DNA of 60,238 nucleotides, filler included, from Basidiobolus ranarum (Eukaryota): NCBI GenBank assembly GCA_040143965.1. It is 7 parts of 7 records of this genome, joined end to end, with 100 filler letters (N's around TTAATTAATTAA, not from the genome) between each part and the next. Parts side by side here need not be neighbours in the genome. Positions count along the whole stretch, not along the records: positions 34,532 to 43,047 come from JASJQH010007836.1; positions 43,148 to 51,652 come from JASJQH010007837.1; 5 more parts are not named here. One strand, 5' to 3'. Shown piece by piece: positions 37,051 to 50,200 of this stretch (position 1 is its first letter; each line of letters starts with the position of its first letter). The notes under the pieces were generated by a model. It saw only the letters and a program-made list of their open reading frames with translations, ran no database searches and was not told where the DNA came from. The position numbers and the translations under genes were made by a program.

Positions 37051-40000
37051 CTATACTCTTGGCTTACTAATTTTATTGATTTTCTGACCAGTGGGAAGTA
37101 GGGCAAATCTGGACGCGGGTGAATTGATTGGAAGGGTATGGTGATATTGGAAATCTCCACTGGAACTGATACTTCCACGACGACTAAAAATAAATGAATT
37201 AGTTTAAATTGTGCTTATAGGCTTGAAATTGTGTTTCTTACTTTGAATGCATCGTCTTTGGTGTTGGCTTAGTGAAAGGCAATGATGACAGTAACAGTCC
37301 AGTTTGTTCAAAGTATTGTTCAGAGTTGGTCTGTAAAGCAAGTTTGACTGCCGGAGAAAGGGCGGGGTCGAACTAAATCATGGGTTTTAGGAAGAATGTT
37401 CATAGCTAGATGTTTGTGCAATAATTCAATACTTACCATAGATTCTGCTTTAGTGAGTGCTTGAGTTTTTGCGTTATTACTACTATCATGCTTAAGCTCC
37501 GTATCAATTGAATTACTGAAAAAGTGACCTAAGAAGAACATATCCAACAGAAGCTGAAGGACTATACTGCTAGAGACTTGGTCATTGGAGTTCAAAAATT
37601 CGGTAATGGTACGGAAAATGGTTTGTTCAAGCTCCAACATTAGAGTTCGTGTCATATCCTAGGATCAAGACGACTTTTAGAGAAAACTGCAAATAGGTCA
37701 TTTCATCATTATGTAAACAATGTTCACCTTATCGGTAATAAAGTTTCCAACCCGGGTTAACTCTTTAGTTACATCGAATAAAATCTCTAAAATCCATGAG
37801 GATACGTGTGTCGGGACTAAAGCTTGTGTTTGTGGGATAGGTGCAGAATTCGGCGATGCCTGAACAACTAAGCATTGATAAATTGTTAATGGTATGTAAT
37901 ATTCAATAGAATTGTGAGGATAATCGCTCACCTTCCCAGCAGTGACGCTGCTCAATACTATCTATCCATCCCGGCAATATCAGTTTGCCCTTGATTGTCT
38001 CTTCTACGTTTTGGACTACACTACTGATCCAAGGTGTATATGCTCTTGTATACAAATCTCTCCCTAATTTCAAAGCTTCATCGTGAAGCTCTGGTGCAAA
38101 GCGATTAAGAAATTTAGTCACAATAAGCCATCAACATGGATTTATTAGTGCCACTTACGTGTACGATGAGCCTCAGTAGCAAAATATCCTTGATGAAGGC
38201 CTTGGTTATGCTCGATAAAGCTAAATGCAACAATCCGGGCGATTCTACCGATAGTTAAACTTCTGTCGGAGGCTTATAAAAATTGAGGAAGATACAAGTT
38301 AGCTGTCAGTGGAACACTTGAAAATAGTGAGACCCACATTAACAATACCTGCTTTGCTTGACGTTGATGTGGCGGTGTTATCATTCAAACTCGTTAAAAG
38401 ATTGGATAGCCCCTCCCGGTATTTTACCAAAGCTTCAAGGAGCGATGTATCGAAATGCTCAGCCAGTTTGTGAGCATCGCTTCAATCGATAACACGTTAG
38501 AATATGCTGACATACACTATGAATGCTTCACCTGTACCTTTTTCGCCAAAATGGATCAGTTTCTTCCGGTTCAGATGTAGAAGTCCAAGATATCGTGTCA
38601 CTTAGATCCTCTTGAAGCTCGTTCACAATAAATTCGAATGCACTCTTAACTCGGTTCACGACTGGAGTATGAGTACACAAACTTTGATGGATCATACTCT
38701 TTAATCCGACTTCATTTTGGTGCATATCGAATTGAATTGACTCCCAAACAAACTTTCCGATATTCGTCTCTGATAGATATGGAACAAAGCTTAATACTTA
38801 TCATTTGTAGGTTAGGTTCAGTATTTGTTACCACTATCCATAGTCTCAATCAAGTTGCTGATCAAAAACTCGGGCTGACTAGCCAATGTATCGCAATCTC
38901 TTTTCACTATTTCGTGAGATAGTTTGTTAAACGCATGTCTAAAGACCTTGTCCCAAATAGCGATTTCCTCCTCAAATATGTCTTGGCAAATCTAAATAAA
39001 AAATGAGAAAAAGATCCCTTCATGAATTACTATAAAGCGAGTTATAAGCTGGGTATAATAGCTCACCTTCGCCCACTTGCGTGACGTCTTCAGACCCGTT
39101 GCTTCTTCATTACTGATAGCCTCCCAAAGCTCTCTTCGAATGCTTTCAGCGATTTTTACAGAGGTAATTGAGTTTAAAAGTAAATTCTCAATCTTGTCGG
39201 CAGAATCGTGAATGATTTCATCCAACCATTTTTTGAGCATAGTCTGTAAAGTAGTAAACTTTAACTCAAACGCTCCAGGATCTAGAGAAGGTGTATACGA
39301 TTGTAGAGAGGGTGGAAGATGTCTTATAAGTATATGCATATTAGGTTTTGTTTTAACCAAGCCGGAGAGAGTTGACTTCTCTTTGATAGGCAATTGAGCA
39401 ACGCTTTCGTGAAAACTGTATCCATCAGTAAGACGCTGGATGTATGAGCAAAGTAGAGGTTTTTCTTGAGAATTAGAGCCATCAGAAAAGATTGCTATTA
39501 CTTGATATATTGTCTCTCTGATGATTGTAAGGAGACTCAAAAGTTTGTTTTTTACATCCTCATCGTTGCTAGGGGGATGTTTAAAAATATCTTTTACAGC
39601 GTCCTTTCTCATATCCAAAAGTTTTTGAAAAAGATCCTCTACAGACAAAGAGTTATCCAACAGTAACAATGCCAGTAGGGTTTCAGCTACATCCTGAAGT
39701 TGTATGGTCAGCTTGGCGTTGCAAAGTACAGAGGGAAAATTAGTTTACCTTCTCTCCTATATCAGCTCTCTTAATATAAGCAATACCTCTACGAGTGATT
39801 TTTATCTTGAAGTAATTGATGGCATTCCATTGCTTCTGAACAACAGGGAAGACGGTCTAATTACGTATGATTAAATAGGCCGGAAGCGCTTAATTAATAG
39901 GTACCAAGCTTCATCGATGCTTTTCAACTCTTACCTCCACATTGATATTCTCAATATCGCCACCTTTTTGAAGACTGTCATACACCAAGCAAGCAATCAA

Positions 40001-40700
40001 GTATAAAAGACTGGCAGATAAAAATTTGGACGTCTCTAAACCATGCCATATCTATCAAATTAATGTTAAAGTTACTAAATCGACCAAGAATTGAAGTTAC
40101 ACTGCTTGCTCATAAAATACCATACTTGTTCTGGAATATCCACCAATAGCTTAATCTGAGCGGCAGTACTATACAATTGCTGTTTTTGTTTTTCTTTTGA
40201 TATAACAGAGTAAGAAACAGAGGAAACCTAATAAAGTCTACAAGAATATATAATACCGGTATCCAGTTGCGAAGGATTGTTGATATTTGTATTTTGCTCC
40301 TTTAGATAATTCAGATCTGAATGCTTCTTCAAGCTTTTAATTGAGTCAGATAGTTCAAAGCCATTGGTTCGCATGCAGATGATGGAGTCAGCGGCTTCAA
40401 TAAGAGAATGATAACTTTCACTATATTAAGGTGATCCTGAGTTAGTCTAAAAGCACTTGAGTAACGTTAATAAAGTCCAAGTACCCAACGACCGTTCTTA
40501 ATTCATGGCGTTTACTCTCGATATCGTATCTAATAAATAAGCATGTTAGGCAAAATGGCACTTTGCTATCATATATCACCAAAAATTGTTTACTTAGTTC
40601 TTTTCAGTAGAGCCCGAAGTTCAGGTATGGTATGCTTTATAAAGAGCTCTTTAACAACTGGCTCAAGACTAGCTCTTTTATCTAGTTCTAGCTCTACCAT
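37051..40700 (-). CDS. COG1: Conserved oligomeric Golgi complex subunit 1, about 18 exons
   Basis: Vps51/Cog1 N-terminus ELF.KHTIPELR...DIESKRHELRTVVG|ESYHSLIEAADSI, AAQIKLLVDIPEQ|IW, FPVVQKQW, and C-terminal HHTLPINSPASRFALLP. Confidence 0.85.
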
Positions 40701-40986
40701 GGCGTTGTTACTGACACTGTATGCTTTATGGAGTTAATTTGGTTTGTTCTGTGTTTCTTAAAACTATGATGACATAATTCCCAAAATGTCCCGTTTCTAC
40801 CATTTGTTGTACACATATTTCATTGATTGAAATAAATCAGATCCTTCTTTAATCACGAGGATGCGATATGGTTAAAAATTGAATCTAGATATTCACTATC
40901 ATTTAGAAGTTACTTTTTCCACAATAAAACAGGCTTGGTCATAAACATAGCTTTCTTTCCTAAGAGAAATCAACATAGTTTTAATC

Positions 40987-43047
40987 ATGGGTAGAAACGA
41001 TCGCTCTCGTTCACGTTCTCCCTCCCCTTCAAGTAAAAGACGCAGACACTCTCATCGCTCTTCCTCACGAAGAAGTGATCGAGATCGTAGTTATGATCGT
41101 AGCAAAGAACACGATCGGAGTCGAGAGAGAGATCGGAAAAAAGGGAAAAGCCGGGATAAACATCGCAGGAACAAAAGTAAAGAACGAAGCAGAGAACGTA
41201 GTCATAAAGAAAGACGAGATGCAAGCCCAGAGCGGAGTAGAGATCGTAGCCACAGGGATAAAAGAGATAGAAGCACAGAAAGAAGCAGAGATCGTAGTCG
41301 AGATGGAAGTAAAAGCAGACGACACAGAAGCTCTCGCCATTCTCACTCTGAGAAAAGTCGTACTAAGAGTAAAGAAAGATCACGATCCCCTGACTCCTCT
41401 TCTGATTCAACAGAAGTGCCTACTTCAGAAACGAAAACTCATACGGAACTTCCGACTGTTGTAGAAGAGAAAACGGAGCCAAGTACTGATCAATCTGATG
41501 AAATTAAACGGATGATGTTGGAACAAGAAGAAAAAGTCCGCCAGCGTAGAGAACGTGTCGAGCAATGGAGAAAAGAGCGAGAAGCTAAGCAAGCTACCGA
41601 AGAAGATGGAACCGCTCAATCTTCTGCTACTCTAGAAAGTCAGCAAGAATCAAAGAAATGGAGTTTAGAGGATGAAGATGACGATGATGAAGAAGAAGAT
41701 GGTGCTGGAGTTGGTGATGATGATGAGAAGAAAGGAGATGAAATGAATGTCGATGATAACGGTAAGTTTTTTAGTGATACTCTACAATTTGCCTTCAGTA
41801 CTGAAAGTTAAATAACTTCTAGCTGAAGAAACCAAGCAGGATAAGGTCGACACACCTGTTAAGGAAGCCGAAGCTGCGGTAGCGGATAAAGAAGAAGAGG
41901 ATGATGAGATCGATCCGCTAGATGCATTCATGATGGATGTAACTGCTGAAGTTCAGAAACTAAGTAAGGAAGACCAGAAAAAAGCCAGGATGGTCAATTC
42001 TAAGCATTCACAAAAGGTTGATTTCTTTAGTCAAAACAATAATGATAGTAGTGACGGCGAATCTAGCGGGTCTGAGCCCGAAGATATTCTTGCCTTGGCT
42101 GCCAAGAAAATGAAGAAGAAAGATATCGCTGCTGTTGATCACTCACAGGTGAGCTACGAGCCATTCCGCAAAGACTTTTACATTGAACCACCTGAATTAG
42201 CGGACATGACCCCTGAACAGGTGGACATACTACGTGTAGAACTCGATGGGATCAAAATCCGAGGTGTAAACTGTCCCAAGCCTATAAAGAAATGGACACA
42301 TTGTGGGCTCCCTGTCGGATGCCATGAAATAATCAAAAAACTAAAATTCGATGCGCCCACGCCTATCCAGGCTCAAGCCATGCCTGCTATAATGAGTGGT
42401 CGAGATGTTATTGGTGTTGCTAAAACTGGTAGTGGAAAGACTATTGCGTTTCTGCTTCCTATGTTCCGACATATCAAAGATCAGCGCCCTCTCGAACCTA
42501 TGGAAGGACCAATTGCTGTCATTATGACACCTACAAGAGAGCTGGCTGTCCAAATTCATAAGGAATGTAAGCATTTCCTGAAGGCTCTCAATCTGAGGGC
42601 AGTGTGTGCTTATGGTGGATCGCCTATCAAAGATCAGATTGCTGACCTAAAGCGAGGTGCTGAGATAGTAGTTTGTACGCCGGGTCGGATGATTGATTTG
42701 CTGTCAGCCAATTCTGGAAGAGTTACCAACCTTAGAAGAGCGACTTACCTTGTTTTAGACGAAGCCGATCGAATGTTTGATATGGGATTCGAACCTCAAG
42801 TCATGAAAATTGTCAACAATGTGAGACCAAGTCGTCAGACTGTTCTATTCTCCGCCACTTTCCCTCGTCAGATGGAAGCTTTAGCTCGTAAGATTCTCAA
42901 GAAACCTCTAGAAATCACTGTTGGAGGGCGTAGTGTAGTGTGTGAGGATGTTACGCAGATTGTTGAAGTTCGGGAGGACAGCACCAAGTTCCTAAGACTC
43001 CTTGAAATTCTAGGCCAATACTATCGTGATGATTCGGACCTTAGATG
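40987..43047 (+). CDS. PRP5: Pre-mRNA-processing DEAD-box helicase Prp5/DDX46 (3'-truncated)
   Basis: RS/RD-rich N-terminus, [24 protein letters not shown] (Prp5 DPLD motif), [48 protein letters not shown]. Intron 41762-41822. Confidence 0.95.
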
Positions 43048-43147
43048 NNNNNNNNNNNNNNNNNNNNNNNNNNNNNNNNNNNNNNNNNNNNTTAATTAAT
43101 TAANNNNNNNNNNNNNNNNNNNNNNNNNNNNNNNNNNNNNNNNNNNN
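43048..43147. other. Artificial contig linker
   Basis: N44-TTAATTAATTAA-N44. Confidence 0.99.
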
Positions 43148-43510
43148 GAGATCGTTTCTCTTAACGAAATCTTCGAGAAGAACCCCTTGAAGATCAAGAC
43201 TTTCGGTATCTGGCTTCGTTATGACTCACGTTCTGGTACTCACGACATGTACAAGGAATACCGTGAATTGACCCGTAATGATGCCGTTGAAGCTTGCTAT
43301 CAAGATATGGCTGCTCGTCACCGTGCTCGTTTCAGATCCATTCAAATCATCCGTGTCGCTGAGGTAGCCAACGCTGATGTTCGTCGTCCTTACATCAAGC
43401 AACTTATGGTTCCCAAGCTTCGCTTCCCTCTTCCTCATCGCGTCGCTCGCCCTGCCGAGAAAGCTCACCGCAGCCTCTTCATCGCCAAGCGTCCTTCTAC
43501 CTTCTATTAA
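43148..43510 (+). CDS. RPL20: 60S ribosomal protein eL20 (L18a), 5'-truncated
   Basis: [20 protein letters not shown]...[18 protein letters not shown]...FPLPHRV...RPSTFY, with strong high-expression codon bias. Confidence 0.96.
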   Translation, partial: EIVSLNEIFEKNPLKIKTFGIWLRYDSRSGTHDMYKEYRELTRNDAVEACYQDMAARHRARFRSIQIIRVAEVANADVRRPYIKQLMVPKLRFPLPHRVARPAEKAHRSLFIAKRPSTFY

Positions 43511-44093
43511 ACATTTTATTTTGAAACATGTCCTGTTACAGATTAACAGTCTCATGTCATCTACAATAAACATAACATGTCTTGAAGTCGACTTTTTTTG
43601 CCCTTTTTATTTCATAATAAGCATAGTCCCTAATGAAGTAAATAACATGTGCCAAAAACGCAGAATCCATAAAGTAAAAAGAGCTTGTACGCAAGTTTCA
43701 ATGGTAAATCCAAAACTAATGTAGACAAATGCTACGTTTATTGACGCGAAAGTAACTAGAAATGGTCAAGACAAAGCAAGTCGGCACATGCGTAAAAGTG
43801 AGCATAGAAGATGCATGTATTAAATTCGAAACCAGAATCTCAAAAGATATATCATTTAGATCATTGAAATAATAAACTTTCTAAGGGAAAAATACCATAA
43901 ATGTATAACTTGGAGCAAGTTCACAAAATACGTTTGTATATTCTATCATAAATAGTCACGAAATAGAGGGCTAACTAATGAATCCAAGTAATTTATGTAC
44001 AGAAAAATGAAGATTTGCCTTGAGGCTGCGACCATAGAATCGAGGAATAAATATGACCGAATCCACTAACGGAGATTTCTGATTTTATAGCCA

Positions 44094-46818
44094 TCAACGC
44101 TTCCAAGAACGCTCTACATCTTCCTCATCCTCTTCTTCATAGGGATCTTGAAGATTAGAGCCAGCATCTTCACCTTCTTCTGGCGCTTGTGATTGTTTGG
44201 CGGGCCTTGCTTGTGAAGGAATAGAATGTACAGGCTTGGCCTCATAGTCCCAAGACAACTCTACATCAGCTAAAGATCCAGTTTTAGCACTCTTCAAAGC
44301 CTAGTAAATGTAGAATAGTTTAAGTAACATGATATTGTATAAGTATAGTTAGCCAATACAAACCTGCTCAGCGCCTGCTCTTGTCTTGAATTGGACAACG
44401 GCTGTTCGAGCTTCAGTATTGAGGTTAGCAAATTCCAATTCTCCATAGCTTTCAAGAGTTCCTTTTAATTCCTCTGTTGACAAAGGAGGTAGATTCTTTA
44501 TCAGAATTTTAGAACGGTTGTCCAACTTTAGAGAGCGGCGTGGCCATCCACCGTGACCAATTCTGCCTCGAAAACCTCCTCTACCACGGGTGGAAGGGAT
44601 TTCTACTCCAAGAGAGGCAGCCTCTGCTTTCAAACTTTCCACTTTGGCACGTAATGCGGCCGACTTGTCTGGATCCTCCTCATTATCATTGAGCTTGTTT
44701 AGTGAATCTAGCTCTCTATCAAGTCGCTCTTTTTCTTTTTCTGCCACGACGCTTTTGGACGGAGTAACATGCTTTTTCAGCAGAGGATCTTTGGTAGCAG
44801 ACTGAAGAGCCTCTTTGATGGATTCAGCGATCTGATTAAGCCTACCTAAGATTTCTTTACGAGCCTCCGGGCTTACGTTTTTTCCTTTAGAGAGCTGCTC
44901 CATAAGAAGCTTTTGTTGTTCAATCTGCTTTTGTACCAGTTGTTCTTTTTGCTTTTGAATCTCAAGCATCATCTTTAAATGCTCCTGGTGCTTCTTAGCC
45001 TTCTCAGCCATCTTTGTCTGATCGGGTGTATTAGGTGAAATAGGAGACTCAGCATTGATTGCAGGCGCTGTCCATTTGTTAGATGCCGCTGGCTCGCTTG
45101 GAGCACTGACAGTCTCGTCACTATCACTCTTGTGCCAGTAAACTTTAACAAACCGGTTATCAAAAATGGGTTCTGGAGAATTGTATGCTTTGTAGGCTTC
45201 AGAGTTAGAACTGAACTGAACCACTGCTTTGTGACCATGGAAGTCGAGGTTGATGTTCGTAACAACTCCAAACTTCTTGAAGAATTCGTTCACTTTGTCT
45301 ATTGTACAAAATTCATGAGGAATATTTTCCACTACTAATGAAGTCTTGGTGTGTGGAGTAGAAGTGGCACCATATCTTGTGCCCATACCGCGACCTCTAC
45401 CTCCCCTTCCGCGTCCACGGCCTCTAGTATTTGGCCAGGGATTCTCTGACATTGGAACATCGCCAACTCTATTCTCAGCTGCGTCACCCATTGGTGCCCT
45501 GGAGTTGGGTCCATTAAAATCAGCACGTTCAGGGTCATATGCTTCAGAGCCACCAGGTGTACTTCTAGGACCTAAGTAAAATAGAATTCTCATGATCAGA
45601 TAATGTACTCAAAGATAAAGACATATTGGCCGCTAATATCAAGTAAATCCTACCATTAAACTCGGGACGTTGTTGGTTTCGCTTTGCTCCCATAAAGTAA
45701 GGAGGTCTGCTTGGATTTGGTCCCATCATATTAACAGGTCCACCAAGAGGAGGTCCTGGAATAGGAGGACGAGGCATGTCAAAGGGGCTTCGCTTCATGA
45801 CTGGATCATCAACCACAATTCTGTCCACACCGTGATCATAGGGACATAAATCTCCGCGCATACAGTACCCTTTTTCTTTAGTACAAGTTCAGTTAGTTAA
45901 TCGTCAAAGAAAACACTGTTATGAAGTCAAAGCACAAACCATCATAATCACGACATCTTTGTCTTCTAGGACGCTGCTCTCCAAATCCACCTCTTCCACC
46001 TCTACCACCACGTCTACTGGGATTCCATTCGTTGTAGTTTTCGCGAGAAGGATTAAAGTTATGAGAATTCTGGGAAGGTAAAGTGGATGGCCGATCACTT
46101 TGATAGTCACTGCCGCCCATATTAACTTTACCGCGAGATTCGTCGGGATATCCGCTTCTATTTCTAGAGTGATTAGAGGATTCTTGATTTTCCAGCTCTG
46201 ATTTCACTCTCTTGTGTTCATTCTCTTCGGCGGAGTCTTCTCTTCTTGTTCTTTTAAAATTTCTATCACCGTCATCGTCTGAACCTTCACTCTCTTCGTT
46301 TTGCGGTTGAGATATAGTCTCTTGATTATCGTACTCTTCTACAAAAATTCGGAATAACTTTTAGCCAAATTATGAATATAAAACCATAACAATAATAATA
46401 CTTGATATGTTACTTACCCATGGGTGTGGGTTGACTTTCTTTGAATGATTCGAAAAGCTTATTCACAAATCCTTCCGTTTCTTAAAACAAATAACTGATT
46501 AAGGAGTTGAAATAAAATATACTCAAAACCACCAAACTAACTTACCATCAGCTAAGAAATCACCCAGTTGATCTAAACAAAAGGTTTTCAATTCGTCTTG
46601 TGGCTTTTCGTGTTGCAATAGTGCAATAACGTAATCAGCAAGTACTGGTGGATCTGCATCGCAACTGTAAAAAAAAGTTAAGGAAAATCTTACTCGTTTG
46701 AGAGAAATCCAAACATTAAACAACACGATCGTGACTTTGAATATAAAGGATACATTGGCTCCAGTTCAGCAATCAACTGATTCCTCAGATTTTTTAACTC
46801 GGCATCATCAAACAACAT
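44094..46818 (-). CDS. RBM26: RBM26/RBM27-like RNA-binding protein (PWI, CCCH zinc finger, two RRMs), 7 exons
   Basis: LEPI|CDADPPVLADYVIALL (PWI), RCRDYD|EKGYCMRGDLCPYDHG (CCCH), RRM ...FFKKFG...AYNSPEPIFDNRFVKVYW, LDRELD, LDNRSK, C-terminal ERSWKR. Confidence 0.9.
46665..46753 (-). other. U12-type GT-AG intron (intron 1 of RBM26-like gene)
   Basis: Minus strand: donor GTATCCTTT, branch TTTTCCTTAAC (46687-46677) about 12 nt before the acceptor; phase 2. Removal restores LEPI-CDADP. Confidence 0.92.
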
Positions 46819-47257
46819 GTTGACTATAAAACTATAGTTGATGATAGTGGTTGAAGAGTAAAAAAAAAGATACTTGCAACCTCGCGAATACTCTTCACTT
46901 CACTTGAGGATTTCATTTTATTCATCATTTGATCATTCTAATTGACCGCGTACATGAATATTCGTGAAATTCATTTGGTCATGGATACAAATTCGAATTT
47001 TTTTATTAAATCATTGGAATTAGGAATACAACTCTAAAATATCTTCGATAATTTCATTCATTCATGATTCTCATGATAAATGATCAAGTAAAATTTCGGT
47101 GAAAATGACAAATAGGTCGCAGATAAATTAAGTAATTTAAAACAAAATAATCTGTTTTTTCAAACGTATTTGCATTTCCAAAGCCGAAATTCTTGAAAAG
47201 TGCCTACTTGTAATTTAACCTGGTTGCCGTCACATAAGTTGTAGACTTGAAGCAAAT

Positions 47258-50200
47258 ATGTTTCTATATAATATAACCTTACAAGAGGCTACGGCAATAA
47301 ACCAAGCAATTCTTGGTAACTTTTCTGGAACCAAACAGCAAGAGATCATAATCGCGCGTAACACTAGATTGGTTTTATTACGCCCTGATCCCAATAGCGG
47401 AAAAGTTCATACAGTTTTGTCATATGAAGTATTTGGAGTGATTCGTTCTTTGAGTCCTTTTCGTTTGACTGGTGGTTCTAAAGGTACTAATATCACCGCC
47501 CCATTCTGTTTGATTATCCAACCAGAAATAACCAAGCAATTTTTTAGATTATATCGTAGCTGGAACCGATTCTGGTCGCGTAGTTATCTTAGAATACAAC
47601 CCCAACAAGAACTGCTTTGAGAAAGTCCACCAAGAAACCTACGGAAAAACTGGATGTCGTCGTGTTGTTCCTGGTCAATATCTGGCAACAGATCCTAAGG
47701 GAAGGGCGGTAATGATCGGTGTGTATATTTTTAAAATGAGCCTATTTTTATGGAAACTAAACGTCAACATTCCTACAGGTGCTGTCGAGAAACAAAAATT
47801 AGTATACATTCTCAATCGTGATTCTGCTGCTCGTTTGACTATCTCTTCTCCGTTGGAAGCGCACAAATCACACACAGTCGTATTTGCATGTGTTGGCGTC
47901 GATATTGGATTTGAGAACCCTATATTTGCATGTATTGAGGTCGATTATGGAGATGCGGATGAAGATCCTACCGGTGAAGCGTATAAAAGTATTGAAAAGG
48001 TAATGGTTTGGTTTGGCGTCAAAGCAATGCCGGGAGTTTCTAGAGCTAATTTTTCATGTCATTTGTTTAGATGTTGACTTACTATGAGCTAGACCTTGGT
48101 CTCAATCATGTCGTTAGAAAGTGGAGTGACCCAATTGACCTTAGTTCCAATTTGTTGATTCCAGGTGCGTTTTCATTATATGTACATAAATCCTGATCAA
48201 AGTGAACTCAATGGATATATATTTGTTTAGTTCCTGGCGGTACTGATGGTCCTTCCGGAGTGTTGGTTTGTAGCGAGAACTTTATCACATACAAGCATCA
48301 AGGTTCTCCCGAGCATCGAGTTCCTATCCCAAGACGTGAAAACCCCTTAGAAGATCAAAAACGTGGCTTGATTATTGTTGCTGGGGCAGTACATAAGATG
48401 AAGGTTTGTAGATGAGGTTTAAAATTCTGCATTGTTGTCAAATTTGCTCATCGTCTCTTCTCCAAATCAGAACACATTCTTTATTCTTGTGCAAAGCGAG
48501 GCCGGAGATCTGTACAAAGTTAGTGTAGATTATGAAGATGACGTCGTGCAAGCGATCAGAATCAAATACTTCGATACAGTTCCTGTTGCTGCTGGGTTGT
48601 GCATTCTCAAGTCTGGCTTCTTGTTTGTTGCCTCGGAGTTTGGAAATCAGTATGTATTTATTTGTGAAACCTTTATACTCTTTTGCAGTGGGATACTGAT
48701 ATTCCATGTTCAGCTACTTGTACCAGTTTGAGAAGTTAGGAGACGATGATGACGAGATTGAGTATTCTAGCGTGGATATGAGTATTGAGGACAATTCCAT
48801 GGTCTATTTCAAACCCCATGAGCTCACCAATTTGCACATGGTTGATGAGATGGAGAGTAGTTGTCCAATTATCGAAGCCAAGGTAAACTAACATTACTTC
48901 ATCATTCTTACATCAAAACTAAGGTCCTTACCTCTACTTCAACAGGTCCTCAATATAGCAGAAGAGGATACACCTCAAATATACGCCTTGACAGGTAGAG
49001 GAAGTCGCTCTGCGTTGAAAATTCTTCGGCATGGACTTGAGGTTTCGGAGATGGCAGTTTCCGAACTTCCTGGTAATCCAAATGCCATCTGGACCACTAA
49101 GCTAACATCCTCGGGTAAGTACTTTATGTTGCCAAATACTTGTTATTGTCAGTATTGTTAATCTAAATTCAACTATGTTCAATAGATGAATATGATTCGT
49201 ATATGGTGGTTTCCTTCGTCAATGACACTTTAGTTCTCTCTATTGGTGACACTGTAGAGGAAGTAACAGATACCGGATTTATCAACAATACACCAACTGT
49301 TTGCGTTCAACAAATGGGAAAGGATTCTATTGTTCAGGCATGTAACTTGAGAGCTTTGGTCTTTTCAAAGCACCCATTTGCTCATACATTCTTTTGTTAG
49401 ATTTATCCCCAGGGTATTCGTCACATTCGTGCCGATAAACGCGTTAACGAATGGCAAGCTCCTAAAGGACGAACCATCATTCAGGCTACTGCAAACAATC
49501 GCCAGGTAACTTTGTCTTTCTTAGTTCTACAGGCTTTCTGGTTATCTAATTTTTGAACGAAATCCGTTGCTTAGGTTATTATTGCGTTGTCTAGTGGCGA
49601 GATCATTTATTTCGAGTTGGACAATATGGATCAACTCAATGAATATCAAGAACGCCAAGAGATGCATTCTTCCGTTACTTGTTTGAATGTTGGCCCTGTT
49701 CCTGAAGGAAGACAAAGAAGCAAATTTTTGGTTAGTTATACATTGTATAGTAGCGTATTTATGTTTACCAGGGTCAGTTTATACTTATTGATACTTGCAA
49801 ATATAGGCTGTGGGTTGTCAAGATAATACTGTCCGTATTATTTCCCTTGATCCCGACAACTGTTTGGAGACTCTCAGTATGCAGGTTCGTCCTTTAACTG
49901 TTGTTCATTAATGTAGAGATTCCAATATTAATTTCGTTGTTTTAGGCTGTAACCGCAACACCCGAGTCTCTTGCTATTATTGAAATGGTAGACCAGGATG
50001 CGGATCGTACCCATGGAACCTTGTATCTTAATATCGGTTTACAAAATGGTGTACTTCTTCGTACCCTTCTTGACAATGTTACCGGCCTTTTGTCTGACAC
50101 TAGAACTAGGTTAGTGTATCTTGCTGCGGATTTCTAATTTTGTATTTTCTAATTTTCCTCGTGTTTATAGATTTTTGGGCTCTCGTCCAGTCAAACTATT

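Noticed and set aside
43241-43249. RPL20 reads THDMY where I recall THNMY in most eL20
   Set aside because: A single substitution in an otherwise intact, codon-biased ORF; insufficient evidence for editing or pseudogenisation.
40985-45579. Antisense and alternate-frame ORFs over PRP5, RPL20 and RBM26
   Set aside because: Explained as shadows of low-complexity or codon-biased real coding sequence.
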